Below are positions 36,601 to 50,199 of a stretch of DNA of 64,000 bases, piece after piece. Numbering within the stretch: the first letter of the stretch is position 1; every line of letters starts with the position of its first letter. A model generated the notes under the pieces. The model was not told where the DNA came from, searched no databases, and worked only from the letters and a program-made list of their open reading frames with translations. Location: contig CM097887.1 of assembly GCA_044892525.1 (NCBI GenBank), positions 81,074,397 to 81,138,396 of the forward strand, in the 5' to 3' direction. Source of the DNA: Schmidtea polychroa. Taxonomy: Eukaryota. Both the position numbers and the translations under genes were made by a program.

Positions 36601-38583
36601 TAACTCGTCAGGTATCGCGTATAATCTTTTTATATTATTTAATAAAAATATTTCATTTTTTAAAAAACCATAATTAAAATGATGTATTAATTTTAAAAGA
36701 TTTTATTTTAATGACATGCGGTTGACTCTCTTATATGTTTCAATGTTGCCGAGGTTTTCGTAACCAGCTTCACAGTAACGATTTTTCTCTATAATGCAAA
36801 ATTTCCCCCCCCCCCCTTGTCACTTGGTAAGTAAACGTATGGTTTTTTTAAGGGATTTTAATATTGCTTGTTCATCTTTCGTTAGGTTTGAGAGATTGGT
36901 CTTCTTTTTTCCTTCTCAACTATCTCCATGATTTTGTGGCAAACCTTAGAAAGTNNNNNNNNNNNNNNNNNNNNNNNNNNNNNNNNNNNNNNNNNNNNNN
37001 NNNNNNNNNNNNNNNNNNNNNNNNNNNNNNNNNNNNNNNNNNNNNNNNNNNNNNNNNNNNNNNNNNNNNNNNNNNNNNNNNNNNNNNNNNNNNNNNNNNN
37101 NNNNNNNNNNNNNNNNNNNNNNNNNNNNNNNNNNNNNNNNNNNNNNNNNNNNNNNNNNNNNNNNNNNNNNNNATATAAAATGTCAAGAAGTAGGCAGTAC
37201 ATGAAGGTCATTATCATACCAATTATTAATTTGTGTGAAACTGCTTGTGGGGTCCAATATTATCTACAGATTTTAATCATAAAATATTAGAATATGCGAG
37301 ATAAAGTACCATCTTTTGCTGCTCAATGAAGCGAAATGACAATAAAATTTTATATAAAGAATTTCACAAGTTTATTCAAACAATTAATTAATTTAATCAT
37401 TTATTTCATTAATTATAAGGTTATCATAGATTTTACAAGATACGAAATAACCACAAAGCTATTGGATATAAGCGCATTGGAAAGAAGTAAATCGTAAAAT
37501 GATGTCGTGTGGTGGGGCGAGGGATGCCATGCATGGAATTATATGATGTATGAAACCAATTTCACATTGATGAAAGAGTTCAGTTCTGTCAGTCGCGTAC
37601 TCTACCCAGCAATAATTATGTGATTTATGATCCGTGCTGTGTGAAAGCCATTCATTAGCCATGAGAAAATAACTTTCAAATTTCACTTTCATTGTGAGAC
37701 GAGTCAATCAAAAGTCATCATCAGTCAAGTGGCCAGTGAGAGTAAAAGTGATCTCGCAATCACCAGCTAGCATGATATTTACTGTATGTTGACCTCTAAC
37801 TTTTGTTATTTGTAGTTCTCACATTCTGGTAATTGATCTACTCTGTCATTCTCATTTCAACTGATGGGCCTTGTAGCTATTTTCAGATCTTGTTGGCATA
37901 TGACAAATCTGTGCTTAGTCAGCTGCAGGTCACCTTTCACTAAGTACCCTTATGAACAATTGACCTGTTGCAATTAGTGACTTTCAATCAACCCCCAGTA
38001 TTGAAAATGGTCTGTCAGTTTAATGTGATGAAGATAAAACTAATAAATGGAAGGATTTCAAGGACCATATTGGTGGGTTTTTAATTTGTACAAATTTGTA
38101 CAATTGAATCGTTTCAATGAATCGTTTCTCTACTGTAACCGGTTGTGGTATTCACTTTTGATATCTGCCAAACGATTTCTCTCATTCTTTAGGGGAAGTT
38201 TCTGAAGCTGTTTTTCTCTATTATCCTTGAATGGCTTTAGATTAAAATAATCTTCAACAAACTTTTTATTGATAATCTTCACTTAACAAATCTCTAAATG
38301 TCATCTGAAAATAAAATTTAAGTAATAGTCATTTGGGTTTTCCACACTTCGTTTGCCAATTAACATTGATCATATTGTCATGATAATGGCCCTTGAAAAT
38401 ACAGATTCTTTATTTGTTTTGCTGCTTTATACAGCCGGCTTTTCTTTAAATTAATTAATCAATTAGTATTTTGTGTTTTACACAAATCTGTCCGTTAAAT
38501 ACTCTTCTGTGCATTTGACAATAAAAGCATTCACATCATGTTGTACCCCATTATCTCTTCCATCCCTGACAAATTTTCCAGCT

Positions 38584-38830
38584 TCAATTGCTAGTTTTAT
38601 ATAAATTCCTTTCTGGAAAAGCCAGTATTGATGTTTTTATCAATTGTTCTTTTACTCTTTGAAATGCAGTTTCACATTCATTTCTCCACGCTGATTTGGA
38701 TTGATGACGGCCACATAACCTTTCTAAATCCTTTGAATATTTTGTATAATTTTTCAATAAATCATCGATAATGATGTAGAAGTCCCAAAACCTTCTCAGC
38801 TTTTTATGCACTTTGGTTTTTCGAATAGTT
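38584..38830 (-). pseudogene. Gypsy pol (RT-RNase H connection) remnant
   Basis: KLRRFWDFY...NYTKYSKDLERL...WRNECETAFQRVKEQLIKTSILAFP. Confidence 0.75.
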
Positions 38831-39044
38831 TAATTACATCACTTTCTGCCTTTTTTTACCTTCCGTATTTATGATACGACAAAAATTGTGTTTCTCTGTT
38901 AAGAAAATGATGTTTTGATTTTTTTTTCCCAATATTTTTCTACCTTTTTGCATATGTTCTTCTTTTAGTAGTTGAAAATATTAAAAAAATTCGACAAGAT
39001 AAACTGCAGTTTCTTTCCATTTTACTGATCCCAACACTTTATTC

Positions 39045-39284
39045 GGTCATGGTCCAAAATCTGTCGAGTAAATTTTTTTATGTAGATTAAAGATTAAAAT
39101 AAACGAGGCTCTAGTTAAATGAGTAATATTGTGATCATCAAAATATTATTGTATGCTTTTCAATAGTCTGTAATCAATATACTATCACTTTTAATATTAT
39201 CAATAAGGTTTCTTCATTTTACTTCACATTAAAAAATTTTCTTTAATTGTAAAAAATTTACTCGACAGATTTTGGACCATAACC
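39045..39284. mobile_element. Merlin-like MITE
   Basis: About 35-bp TIR GGT(C/T)ATGGTCCAAAATCTGTCGAGTAAATTTTTT; perfect 8-bp TSD CTTTATTC; GG termini. Confidence 0.75.
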
Positions 39285-40138
39285 CTTTATTCATTAGGTT
39301 CTTAAAAGTGACAGGAATTGTGAAACCTTGCAATTTTAAATCTTTCTTCATTTCATGATCTTCAATGACATTTTGATTGAAAAATACGTTAAGATCATCA
39401 TTTTCAAGTTGCTTCCATTGATAGAAAAGCCTTGATACATATTCCTATGTGCTCTTCGGGAGTTTGAGTAAGCTCGAAAAATTTGTCAACTTATTCACAT
39501 GTGTCAGCTCTGTGCCCCAAAACTAGTATACAAGTCTAATCGGAATTGATCAGATAAACAGTCGTAATAAAATAAGCTGATAAGGAAAATTTGCCCGAAC
39601 AGCATTACTTGCAACCAATTCACGCCACAGTAACGAACAAATGCGTAGTAAGTAGGTGCAAAAGTTATGCAAAGCAAAATATATATAAGTAATCTCGCTA
39701 TTTTTGTCCCGAGTATTGTATAGTTACCTGCATTTTACTTTTATCCCCTTTTCAAAGGGTGGCACAAGAAATAAAAGATTTCATCAGATGGGAAATTTTG
39801 AAAAAAATACATTTTTGTACTTTTTGTTTTTGTATTAAAATATTTTTGTCTTTTGAATGGATGTTTTGTAGAGCAAAAGATGTTTTTTCTTGTATACAAA
39901 TCAAATATTCTTGTGGCATTGCTGTTAAATGTAATTATTGTACCTCAATGGTAAGTTTACAGGTAAGTATCAATGTGGTAAAAAACAAAATAATTTTATA
40001 GATAATAATAACTCAGGGTTATTATTTATAATTTAAGATAAACTTTTTTAATTTTGCAATTAATCAAGCACTAAACTCACTAGATGTTAGATTCGAACAA
40101 CTTAGTAACTATAGTAACTATTTCCAATTATTATATAT

Positions 40139-40271
40139 ATTAAAAAGCTTGACTATGAATCAGCAAATATATCGATGTTTTTGGTATTCACGAATTTTCG
40201 GCGCTGCCTTTTTTTAGTGAATTTCTAAAAAACATTGATATATTTACTGATTCATAGTCAAGCTTTTTAAT
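40139..40271. mobile_element. Palindromic (foldback) MITE with about 50-bp arms; a related half-copy lies near 4527-4565
   Basis: ATTAAAAAGCTTGACTATGAATCAG... / ...CTGATTCATAGTCAAGCTTTTTAAT. Confidence 0.75.
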
Positions 40272-40379
40272 AAATACAATGTCAAGGGAAAAGAAATCAG
40301 TGATGAAATTTGAAAAAAAAGTTCTTATAATTATTATATAATATATACGATTTAAAAAGCATATCTAAGGAAACTCTTT

Positions 40380-40720
40380 TACAACATTGCAAATATTCGG
40401 AAATTATTTTAACTGATGTCGATTCTTTTGACATAAATGGGGCAGAATTAACAGAAGAAATTTATGTAGTTTCTACGCTTTTGGTCCGAAAAGAAAAAGA
40501 ATGTTGCCCCAAACCTTAATGTTCCCTTAAGAATGTTGCTTGCTATACCAATAACTGTAGCAAGACGGAAAAGGAGTTTCTCTAAATTGAAATTAATTAA
40601 TAACTTCGTACGTTTTGGTCATTTTGGCGATTAAGCATGAAATTTCTGATCAAATAAACATAAAACAGATAGTACAAAAGTTTGCAGAACTAAAAGTGAA
40701 AACTCAATAAATTCATTTTA
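40380..40720 (+). pseudogene. hAT C-terminal dimerization-domain remnant
   Basis: LRMLLAIPITVA...SFSKLKLI. Confidence 0.7.
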
Positions 40721-41690
40721 GTGTTAAATGTTGTAAATTATAAAATAATATTGTTAGTATTGAATTTGTATTAGAATATTTATCGGCCGTAATTCAAAGG
40801 TTTCTAGAACCTAGACAAACCTTTTCGGAAACGCTGGAAGTAAAAAGTGTCATTAGTTTTTCATTGGTGTTGGGGATAGTGTGAATGTTTATTGAAGAAG
40901 ATTATTTTTTCCAAAAAATCTCCGAGACTTCCAGTTTGAGAATAACTGGTCTAGCGTATGTAAAGCATACAAAATTCAACGAAAACTGCTAGATTTTGTC
41001 AAAAGAATGGCGTACGTGTCAATTTTAAGGCGAAGAAAAATGGCAGAAATTCATCAGTCAAGGAGTGTACTCCAAGTTCCTATTCTTGTTTGATAGGCCG
41101 AGTTGCGTATATATTTTATATTCACCCAGTTCCTTCAACTTGGCTTTTAATTATCGATATAATTTTTTTTTGTTTTAATGAACGGATTAAATACTTTTTT
41201 AGTTAAAATGAGTAAATATTACAACAATGTGTCTAATTTAAATAAACATTTTTCTGTAAATAAACGTGTGTAAACATAAATTTGGATATGACAGTTGCAA
41301 CATTTCTTGCTCTACATAGCATTTCATATAGAAAATGCAAATTGACGTATACTTAAAAGGTCTCATACACGGCGAGGATCATGACATGATGAATTTCTGA
41401 AATCAGATGAAACCCTTTCATATGTCTACTTGAATAATCCTCCACAGCCCTAATATTCCTTAGTTTTAAATCCTTGATCTAGCTTTATCGGAAAATCAAA
41501 ATCTTTCCTTGTTTGGTCAGATATAAATGGATTCCGTGTTTTAAATATTAATAGTATTGTCGTGAGAGGAGGAAAGGTGAGTTGCCAGAAAATGAGAATC
41601 TAACTTTTAAAAGTAGAGATAATGCACTCAATAATATTCTCATCAACATCATCATAAATTTTACATAAATTTTCACACATCTTTCTCATT

Positions 41691-43005
41691 TCAGGCAATC
41701 AAATCCGATATTAGGTTGATTACAGAGATCTGGCCGATCGTTTTCTGAAAGAATAACTTCTGGATGAAGTTTGAATCAATACTAATGATCTTCATTAGCA
41801 AACAGGCTTCAATCACAATCTTGTTGGTGGGGTCGAACAACTGACAAAGTCTACTGACATGGTCCAAGCACGCGTCCTGTACCGCAACCTCTAATTTTTT
41901 ATCTAAAACAAAAATGTTAACAGAGAACTGTGAAAATGCTTGCTGACTTAATGATTTGAGGTTGAGAAAAATTATTTGTTTGAGAATATTTATTTCACTT
42001 GATCCAAGAGAAAGGTTGGAAAGATGATGATGTAAGACAGCGCATTGATTGATGAGATCAAGTTGTTTCATGGAAGATANNNNNNNNNNNNNNNNNNNNN
42101 NNNNNNNNNNNNNNNNNNNNNNNNNNNNNNNNNNNNNNNNNNNNNNNNNNNNNNNNNNNNNNNNNNNNNNNNNNNNNNNNNNNNNNNNNNNNNNNNNNNN
42201 NNNNNNNNNNNNNNNNNNNNNNNNNNNNNNNNNNNNNNNNNNNNNNNNNNNNNNNNNNNNNNNNNNNNNNNNNNNNNNNNNNNNNNNNNNNNNNNNNNNN
42301 NNNNNNNNNNNNNNNNNNNNNNNNNNNNNNNNNNNNNNNNNNNNNNNNNNNNNNNNNNNNNNNNNNNNNNNNNNNNNNNNNNNNNNNNNNNNNNNNNNNN
42401 NNNNNNNNNGAAAATATTTTCATTTGTATTAAATATATTATTTGCAGCAAAAGGCTTAAATCAGGGATTTATTTTTTTATTTCCATAGGCCACATTGAAA
42501 TTTGTCGCCTCCAAATGAGGCCGCAGTCAAAAAAACATTAATTAATTTCATTTTAAATTTTTTGTTTATATACAGTTAGTAATTAAAACAATGTTTATAA
42601 TCAGTCTCCAGATTTGAAAAATGCAGCTGTACGAAATATTCTGGAAAATGTTTATTATTTCTGAATCGAAAAATTGATGCAAATAAGTCATCATTTCACA
42701 AATGAGCGCTCAATAATCTTATTTATTCGTCTACATACGTTTTGTATTTATGGGTGTGAATAATTGACTTTTATATTTCGTTCTTTGTACTCGACAGGAT
42801 GCTTGTACAGTACGGTATATATTCAGTTCAGTAGTTACAAGTATTTTTATTTGTAAATCGTCAAAATTCATGTTTTTTTTATATAACTTAAGATTTATTT
42901 CGATGAGGCTTCGGAGGCCGCAGGTTCCCCACCCCTGGCTTAAATTATCATTTGATTGTTTAAAATTTATTTAATGTTGCTACCAAGAAATCATTACTTT
43001 AATAA

Positions 43006-43065
<60 letters not shown>

Positions 43066-44709
43066 TTTTTATTATAACATATTTATGAGTGAAGACCCTG
43101 GAAAAATATTAAACTTACTACATATCCTGTACATCAAGGACCTATCGTTAAATGGAACTTTGGTCTCAAATGCAGTTAGAAGAAATAGCTGGGACCAATT
43201 ACCTTCCAGCAGCACCGATACGATTTCTTTCGGAAGTTGGAGTGACTTGACCCAGTGGACAGTGTTAAACAGAGATCGAGCAGACATTTCTGAGAAATAT
43301 GATTCTTGAAGAAAGAAAATTGTTGATTCGGATGCCCCAGTGCAATCATCATAAGTTTCGCTTGAATTCTCACTGTTATCACAAAGTGATGATATGGAAA
43401 ATGAATTCTTATTTGAAGAACTATTTAGTTTGGCGGCTGAAATTAGTGAAAATTCCATCAGCTCCTCTTTAATGTTATTAGACTTGTTGAAAGATCTCGT
43501 AAAAGGAAGAATTGAACTCTGGTCAAGAATGTTATTGGATAACTCGTTAAAATACATTGCAACTTTCTTTCTCACTGTTGAACTTCTAGGGCCTCTTTCN
43601 NNNNNNNNNNNNNNNNNNNNNNNNNNNNNNNNNNNNNNNNNNNNNNNNNNNNNNNNNNNNNNNNNNNNNNNNNNNNNNNNNNNNNNNNNNNNNNNNNNNN
43701 NNNNNNNNNNNNNNNNNNNNNNNNNNNNNNNNNNNNNNNNNNNNNNNNNNNNNNNNNNNNNNNNNNNNNNNNNNNNNNNNNNNNNNNNNNNNNNNNNNNN
43801 NNNNNNNNNNNNNNNNNNNNNNNNNNNNNNNNNNNNNNNNNNNNNNNNNNNNNNNNNNNNNNNNNNNNNNNNNNNNNNNNNNNNNNNNNNNNNNNNNNNN
43901 NNNNNNNNNNNNNNNNNNNNNNNNNNNNNNNNNNNNNNNNNNNNNNNNNNNNNNNNNNNNNNNNNNNNNNNNNNNNNNNNNNNNNNNNNGAAAGTGTAAA
44001 AGGATATATCGAATATCCTGTGGGTGCTACCATTCATAAACATTGTGCAGAATGTGTAAACACAGTTATATACACTATTTGTACATCTGTCAATCACTTA
44101 TTAAAGCCATGAGTTTAAACAAAGTCAGTGCATTCAACGGTTGTATAAACATAGAAGTCCTGTGAAAATCCGTTTGACGTGCGTTATGACGATTAATAAA
44201 CAAATAGCTACTAACCTTCCTTGTTCATTCCTGAGTCAACACATTTCTGAAGCCGGCAGGCACGGCACTGATTTCTGTGGGTTTTGTCAATTTTGCAGAC
44301 TCCTATCCAACTGTCTCCTTTGATGGATTTATTCTTGCAAATATACAGTCGACTGTGCCGGATAGATCTCTGATAATTTCCGATGATAAGAGTCATTTCA
44401 ACAAAAACAAATCTATCAATCTCACCTTGAAAAATCCAGCGCATCTGATATAGAATTATAAAAATAAAATATGAAATCAACTCAGACAATTTACCCATCA
44501 CAGGCGTAAATTCCATAATGTTTCCCCGATGAATTGTCTTGGCAAACCTTGCAAGGTACGTCCAACAGAATTCGGCCTGTACTCAAAATCATTCAATCAT
44601 GACATTATTCTGGTTGCTTACTTGAATTTCCGGTAGTGCCCATGAAACTGTTATCATGTGGATCCCAGTGATCTTCTGATAAATCAAGAGAGCTGTTATT
44701 GTCAACCAT
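41691..44709 (-). CDS. tll: Tailless/TLX (NR2E1-type) nuclear receptor; exons 44709-44622, 44576-44495, 44444-44426, 44369-44216, (gap)-43119, (gap)-41691
   Basis: [44 protein letters not shown]...[19 protein letters not shown]...MNKE, then [20 protein letters not shown] ...[25 protein letters not shown] introns of 45, 50 and 56 nt join in phase. Confidence 0.95.
43008..43064. repeat. (AAT)n microsatellite in a TLX intron
   Basis: About 19 AAT units. Confidence 0.95.
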
Positions 44710-46626
44710 CACAATGATTTTGAATGATGGTTATTTTATTATTGTCATAATATAGTTACACTGAGTCAACTACAATTGGATGCTGTTAATCTCGCTTTCA
44801 GTGTCAACCGGCCAATAGCAATAACAGAAAAGTTCAGTTAGCAACCGTCCGGTGTTAATGTGTAGGTGCTGCTTGATGAACTAGTACATCTGGATCCTAT
44901 TGGGGTATGTCCGAGATCATAATTAATGACCGATGTTTACTTTGCCGATTGTCAATGCAATCCCGACACCTTCCGCACACCGTGCAACATTCGCACGACT
45001 CCCAACATGTTAATGTTAATTTGTTTGTGTTCATTTCCAGATGGATTTGTAAATATTGGTTTTATGGGATATTTCCTCCTCTGTTGCACTATCTCTCTGG
45101 TGACTATTTCAATTGAAACATCAATTTTCTCGAGGCCCTCATTTTGCAGTTAGGGGTCAAGTAATAAGTTGAGTCAGTTATAGTCACTAAATTAATTATG
45201 TACTCATTAACAAATAAGGCTACCGAGAATTTTCATTAAGATTATAACTTCTTTCATTTCTGAAATGGTACCTGTAAACGGAATCGAAAGGTGAGATTTG
45301 TAATGCCAACCACTGTTTCATGACAAATTTAATAAATTATCTCTTTATATTAATACTTCTCAAATTATTTCCGACTTATTTTAATTTTACAGTGAAGCGC
45401 TGTTATAAGCAATTCGATATAGTGCAGCAAGTCGTCGGTACCCCTTTGAAGAAATAGAAAAAAACGATATTTTATAAAATTAAACAGTTTTTGGGTTTTA
45501 ACTTTATCTTTGCATAGCCGTACAGTACATTTTTTATTTGCCCTACTGCTTCGGTGACGAAGTATAATTCCCAGACAAACTCAATCTCAATAACGAATGT
45601 AAAGACTTCATTAATTACCCTTACATGGTTTTGAGCTGGTGGCAATCAACAATATGGAATAGTGTGGATTGAATATTTCAAAGCTCAATAGCAAGCAGTA
45701 GATAGTTACGTTGGCCTAAAAATATAGATAGAAAAGCTGAGATAATTTCATGACGACAAAGTTATGGATATCCTTTACAGTATCAACGGTTTTGGGAGAA
45801 TGCTAATTTCTGAAACACGAGATTAAAACATATATAGATCAACTAGTAGCAATGAAGCCAAATGAAGGATTAGAATAGGATGTAAAAAATAATGATAAGA
45901 GCTTCTGGGAAATGAAGTAACAAACGATTCTGTGGATGTTATTAGTAATCGTGTCGATTATAGGAAATTAAATGCAGTAACAACTTTTTCACTAAATACG
46001 ATTTAGATTTCTGAGAACATTTTTGAGGCAAATGAAGGACCAAAATGCTTCTCAATAACTGAATTAATAAGGGGGTAACACTAAGTGGAATAAGAAGTTT
46101 TGATCAAAAGAAAGAGTGAACTCAGGACAAGTATGGCCGATTTGCAATGAAATCATTTTATTGTTACCGTTTTGATTGTTTGAAAGAATTATAAAACATG
46201 TAAATATATACGAAATTTCAGGCTCACTTTAAGGTCGTCTTAGGCCCTATGTACTTGGAATTCGGATATCTGTATAGCAGCATTTGTAGCCTTGTACACC
46301 TCAAATTGATCAAATTTAATTTTGACTTAATCATTAAGTATTGATTAATGTAAATTGTTAAAACGTTTGCAGCATTGTTGACATTGTTTTGAAACATAAC
46401 TTATGAATGCACCCAGATTTTGATATTTTTACTCTCAATTCACATTTTGGAACATTTTTTTTACTTTCCTTTTATCCAATATTTCATCTAGTTAAAATAA
46501 AAAAAAATGATTTAGAATTTTTTAATGTTTTACCAATTAATAATTTCTAATTAGTAATTACAAATAGTTTAAATTGTTGAAATTGTTGGATGACGAGGGT
46601 TGAAATATTGAGACCTCAACAAAATC

Positions 46627-47980
46627 ATGTCTGATGGATACCAGAGAAAACACGAGTCTGGATCTGAAAACGAAAGAAAAAACAAGTGGAAGAAGAAGTA
46701 TTAAAACAGATGAAGGGTTCTTTACTACAATATATAAATATTGATGATAATAATGACACAATTGTCATGACCAATATCCTTGAACAAGATTTCCAAACAA
46801 AGTGATGCAGATGTATTTTATGAAAAACCAGAACAGATCTACCAGGTTAAAGATAAACAGCTACAATCGGATTTCCCAGATTCAGAATTATCAAGCAGCA
46901 AAGATTTCAAAACGAAGAACAGCAATGAATCATCAGAGTCAGTGATTCAGCGGAATGGAAAGTAAATGCAGATCAAAGAATATCCCTTCACAGAATTTAG
47001 AAAGTGATTTTCTTTTAAAGGGTAGACAATTTGAAGATAAGATAAGATATGCACGCAGGGAATATTTTCTGAGAAAATTGACAAAGTGAGAAATTGTCAA
47101 GAGAGATTGGCTTGTTTATTCTCCTTCAACAGGTAAAGTGTTTTGTTATGTGTGCGAGCCATTTGGTTGCAATTATACTGGCGTTGATGAATCTTGTAAT
47201 AAAATTCAAACTGGTTTTGATGATTGGAAAAATGCAACTGCAAGGACTACTTCACGTGAGAAATCTAAAGACCATATTGCTGCTCTGTCAACGATGTTGC
47301 AAAATCAGAAGTTCACCAGAATTGATGCAGAACGCCATAAAGAAAATGAGAAATTATTCCGATACTGGGCTGAAATTTGACAAGAATAGTTGCAGTTATA
47401 ACATTTCTTGCTGAGCAAGGATTCGCTTTCCCTGGCGAGAGTGAAATGCAAAATTGTCTTAACAATGGAAATTATCTTAGTTTCATTGACTTTTTAGCTG
47501 AATTTTTCTAATAGAACACATTCGAAAGTATGGAAATCCAGGAAAGGGAAATGTATCATATGTCTTTAACTATATGTGATGAGTTCATTGATTTATGTCA
47601 TGTGATGAAATAGTTTCTAAAGCACATGAATTAATTAAGATCTATTTATCAGATCTTAAAGAGGCATTCGCTGATGAATTTTTTTCCCCAAATGTTAGCC
47701 GACATAAAATCTGTTTCGAAAATGATGAAAGCTCAAATAGGAAACAAGTTGGTCACAAGTTTTCCAAATGTAAATATTGCTTTTCGAATTTATCTTTCAA
47801 TTTTTGGATCAAGTTGTGAAGGTGAGCGTTCCTTTTCAAAACTGAAACTAATCAAAAACTATCTGCGTTCAATTATGGGACAAGAATGAATGTCTTCTCT
47901 TGCACCTCTTTCAATTGAAAGCGATTTAATGAGTGGAAAGTCATTTGAAGATGTTATTTGGCAAAGTTCATGTAATTTAG
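46627..47980 (+). pseudogene. Internally deleted hAT (ZMYM1-like) transposase
   Basis: MSDGYQRKHESGSE start, TTF zinc-finger region (VFCYVCEPF, GFDDWKNA) and EGERSFSKLKLIKNYLRSIMGQE. Confidence 0.8.
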
Positions 47981-48254
47981 TTTACTGTGTAGACATTAGA
48001 GCAACCCAAATTAACTAAAAGAGATTAATTTTGAGATTGCAATTTTAATTTTGGTTTCTTGTTTGTTTTTTATTTATTTTTTTATTTTTAATCAATCAAC
48101 ATTAAAACAAAATGATAAAAAAAATTTAATCTAATTTTGTTCGTATATCCTAGGCACAGTTCCTACTGTGCTTACTGAATAAGATGGCCCTGTGAAATTT
48201 ATATAAAGAAATTAAAAAATAAATCAATAAAAATATTATTGTTAATGTTGGAAT

Positions 48255-50199
48255 CAGTGGCGCAGTTAAGGGGTCGTGGGGCGACCCGCACCAGATGTCA
48301 CCCGTGTAGTGGTGACACTCGGCGGCGATTGAAAAAGAATTAAATAAAAATCTAAAGCACATCTAAAATAAATCTATATAGCTATCTAGATTTTTTCATA
48401 TCTGTGCATGATCTCCTACGGAATGATCTATCTAGTTATTCTAAATCTGTGACACCAGTGCTACATTTGTATGCTAGGAGATGTGACACTGATGACTGTG
48501 ACTGCTTAGTCTAGAGCAGTGGTACGCAAACTTTTTACCTCCAGGCACAAAATAGAAAAAAAAAGTCAAGGCACAAATAGAAAGAATGTATCTTTTATAT
48601 AGAATTTTTTTAATAAAATGAAATTAAATGTATATATTTTATTTAATGGGATGAGTGCGCTTGTTTTTTGTCGCAAATAAATTTTATACGTGGTTCGATT
48701 TTTGTTAAACAAATATTTTAACTTCTTTTTTTTATTATATAACTAAAAAAAATATTTTCGTACTAAATATTTTCGCATTAGCGGCACATTTTAAATTCTT
48801 TTACGGCACACTAATATGCCGCGGCACATAGTTTGCGTACCACTGGTCTAGAGAATAGATGCGTACGCAACTTTGTCAATTAAGATTGCCCGGGTCTCGG
48901 CTGTCGGCTGCTAATTTCATTTCGTATTTGGTATTGTGATGTGAAAATATTGTGACGGTAACCGTGACGCTGAATTATTTTAATCGTTGTGTTTATAAAA
49001 GTCTTGAAAAATGGAAAACTTTAGAAATGAGACCAAAATTGCACGAAACAATAGATGACTCAGCCTTGCAATTAAGTGTAACTGAAAAACAGAAGTGAAA
49101 GCGTACATGGAGGAGTACAAGCCATTTTTAAAGCAAATAACAAAAAAGCAGTTTGTATATTCAATTAATTTATGTTGCCAACACTCATTCGCCGCTGACA
49201 AGTGCTTATTAAACAGCAAAACATCTGTTAAAAGACTTTCAACAACGCGTTGGAATGCTCATTATGCTGCAGTAAAAATACTAGGAAAATTTTTGATGAG
49301 GTTATGGCTACAATTTGGGAATTATGTGATCAACAAGAAAATGTAGGCACCAGAGTTGCTGCGCAGTACCTTCTACCTGCTGTATGTAATTTCACTTTCT
49401 TTTGGAATGATATACTAAGGGGAATAAATTGCGCTTAGATTGCATTGAAAAGTAAAGGCTTGAGTCTTGATCAGTTATCCATAAAAATAGAGGCACTTCA
49501 AGACAAACGGGATCATATGTAGAAGAAGTAGTAGGTCTTGTTGTGAAAAAATCAGAGGAATACGACGAATTCGTTGTAAAATTGAATAGTCGGTAAGATG
49601 GTCACCGATGCAGGACTCAGACTAACAGCTGAAATCAAAAGGAGATGATTGAATGTCTCGACCGATTCAGTAAGAAACTTCAAACTAGATCAAAGTCCAT
49701 TGAAGATGTAGTTTCGTCGTTCGAGGTTGTCCAGACCAATACTTTGCTTTTGGCGAACATCGAGGAGTTGAAATTGTTGTGTATATGTTGGTTCGTACGA
49801 GAGGAGCTTTAATAAATTAAAATTAATCAAAAACTAATTACGGTGAACAATGAACAACGCGAGGCTAAATAATCTTGTAACATTAACGATTGAACACAGG
49901 GCAACAAAAAGTACTAATTTTGAAGATGTGATTTCCGAGTTTGAAGTTATCAAAGCTAGACAGAAGAGATTATATTAATTGAAATATTTTTAAATTAAAA
50001 GTTTTTGCAAGTTTCTTTTATATATGTTTATGATACTTGATTTATAGTTTTGTAATTTGATGATCAATAAATTGTAATTTTTCAAATGTTTATTTAAATT
50101 GTTAGATTAAAACCATACATCAAGCTTACATGATTTTTTTATTTTACAAAATGTTGATTTTATCCGTCCTCAGTGTCACCCATGCTAGCTACGCCACTG
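48255..50199 (+). mobile_element. Non-autonomous hAT element with degraded transposase
   Basis: TIR CAGTGGCG(C/T)AG; perfect 8-bp TSD GTTGGAAT; KRLSTTRWNAHYAAVK motif. Confidence 0.9.
48517..48845. mobile_element. hAT MITE nested in 48255-50199
   Basis: Perfect 16-bp TIR CAGTGGTACGCAAACT; perfect TSD GTCTAGAG. Confidence 0.92.

Noticed and set aside
36864-37290. ORFs containing long X runs (also 42045-42488 and 43572-44033)
   Set aside because: Artefacts of assembly gaps; only the TLX-matching parts next to the 42 and 43.6 kb gaps are real
37459-37790. Coding-like frame (WLSHSTDHKSHNYCWVEY...)
   Set aside because: Interrupted by a stop, no recognisable family and no splice partners found; left unannotated
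43085-43999. Plus-strand ORFs over TLX (likewise the ORFs overlapping GALNT)
   Set aside because: Antisense or alternative frames of recognised genes
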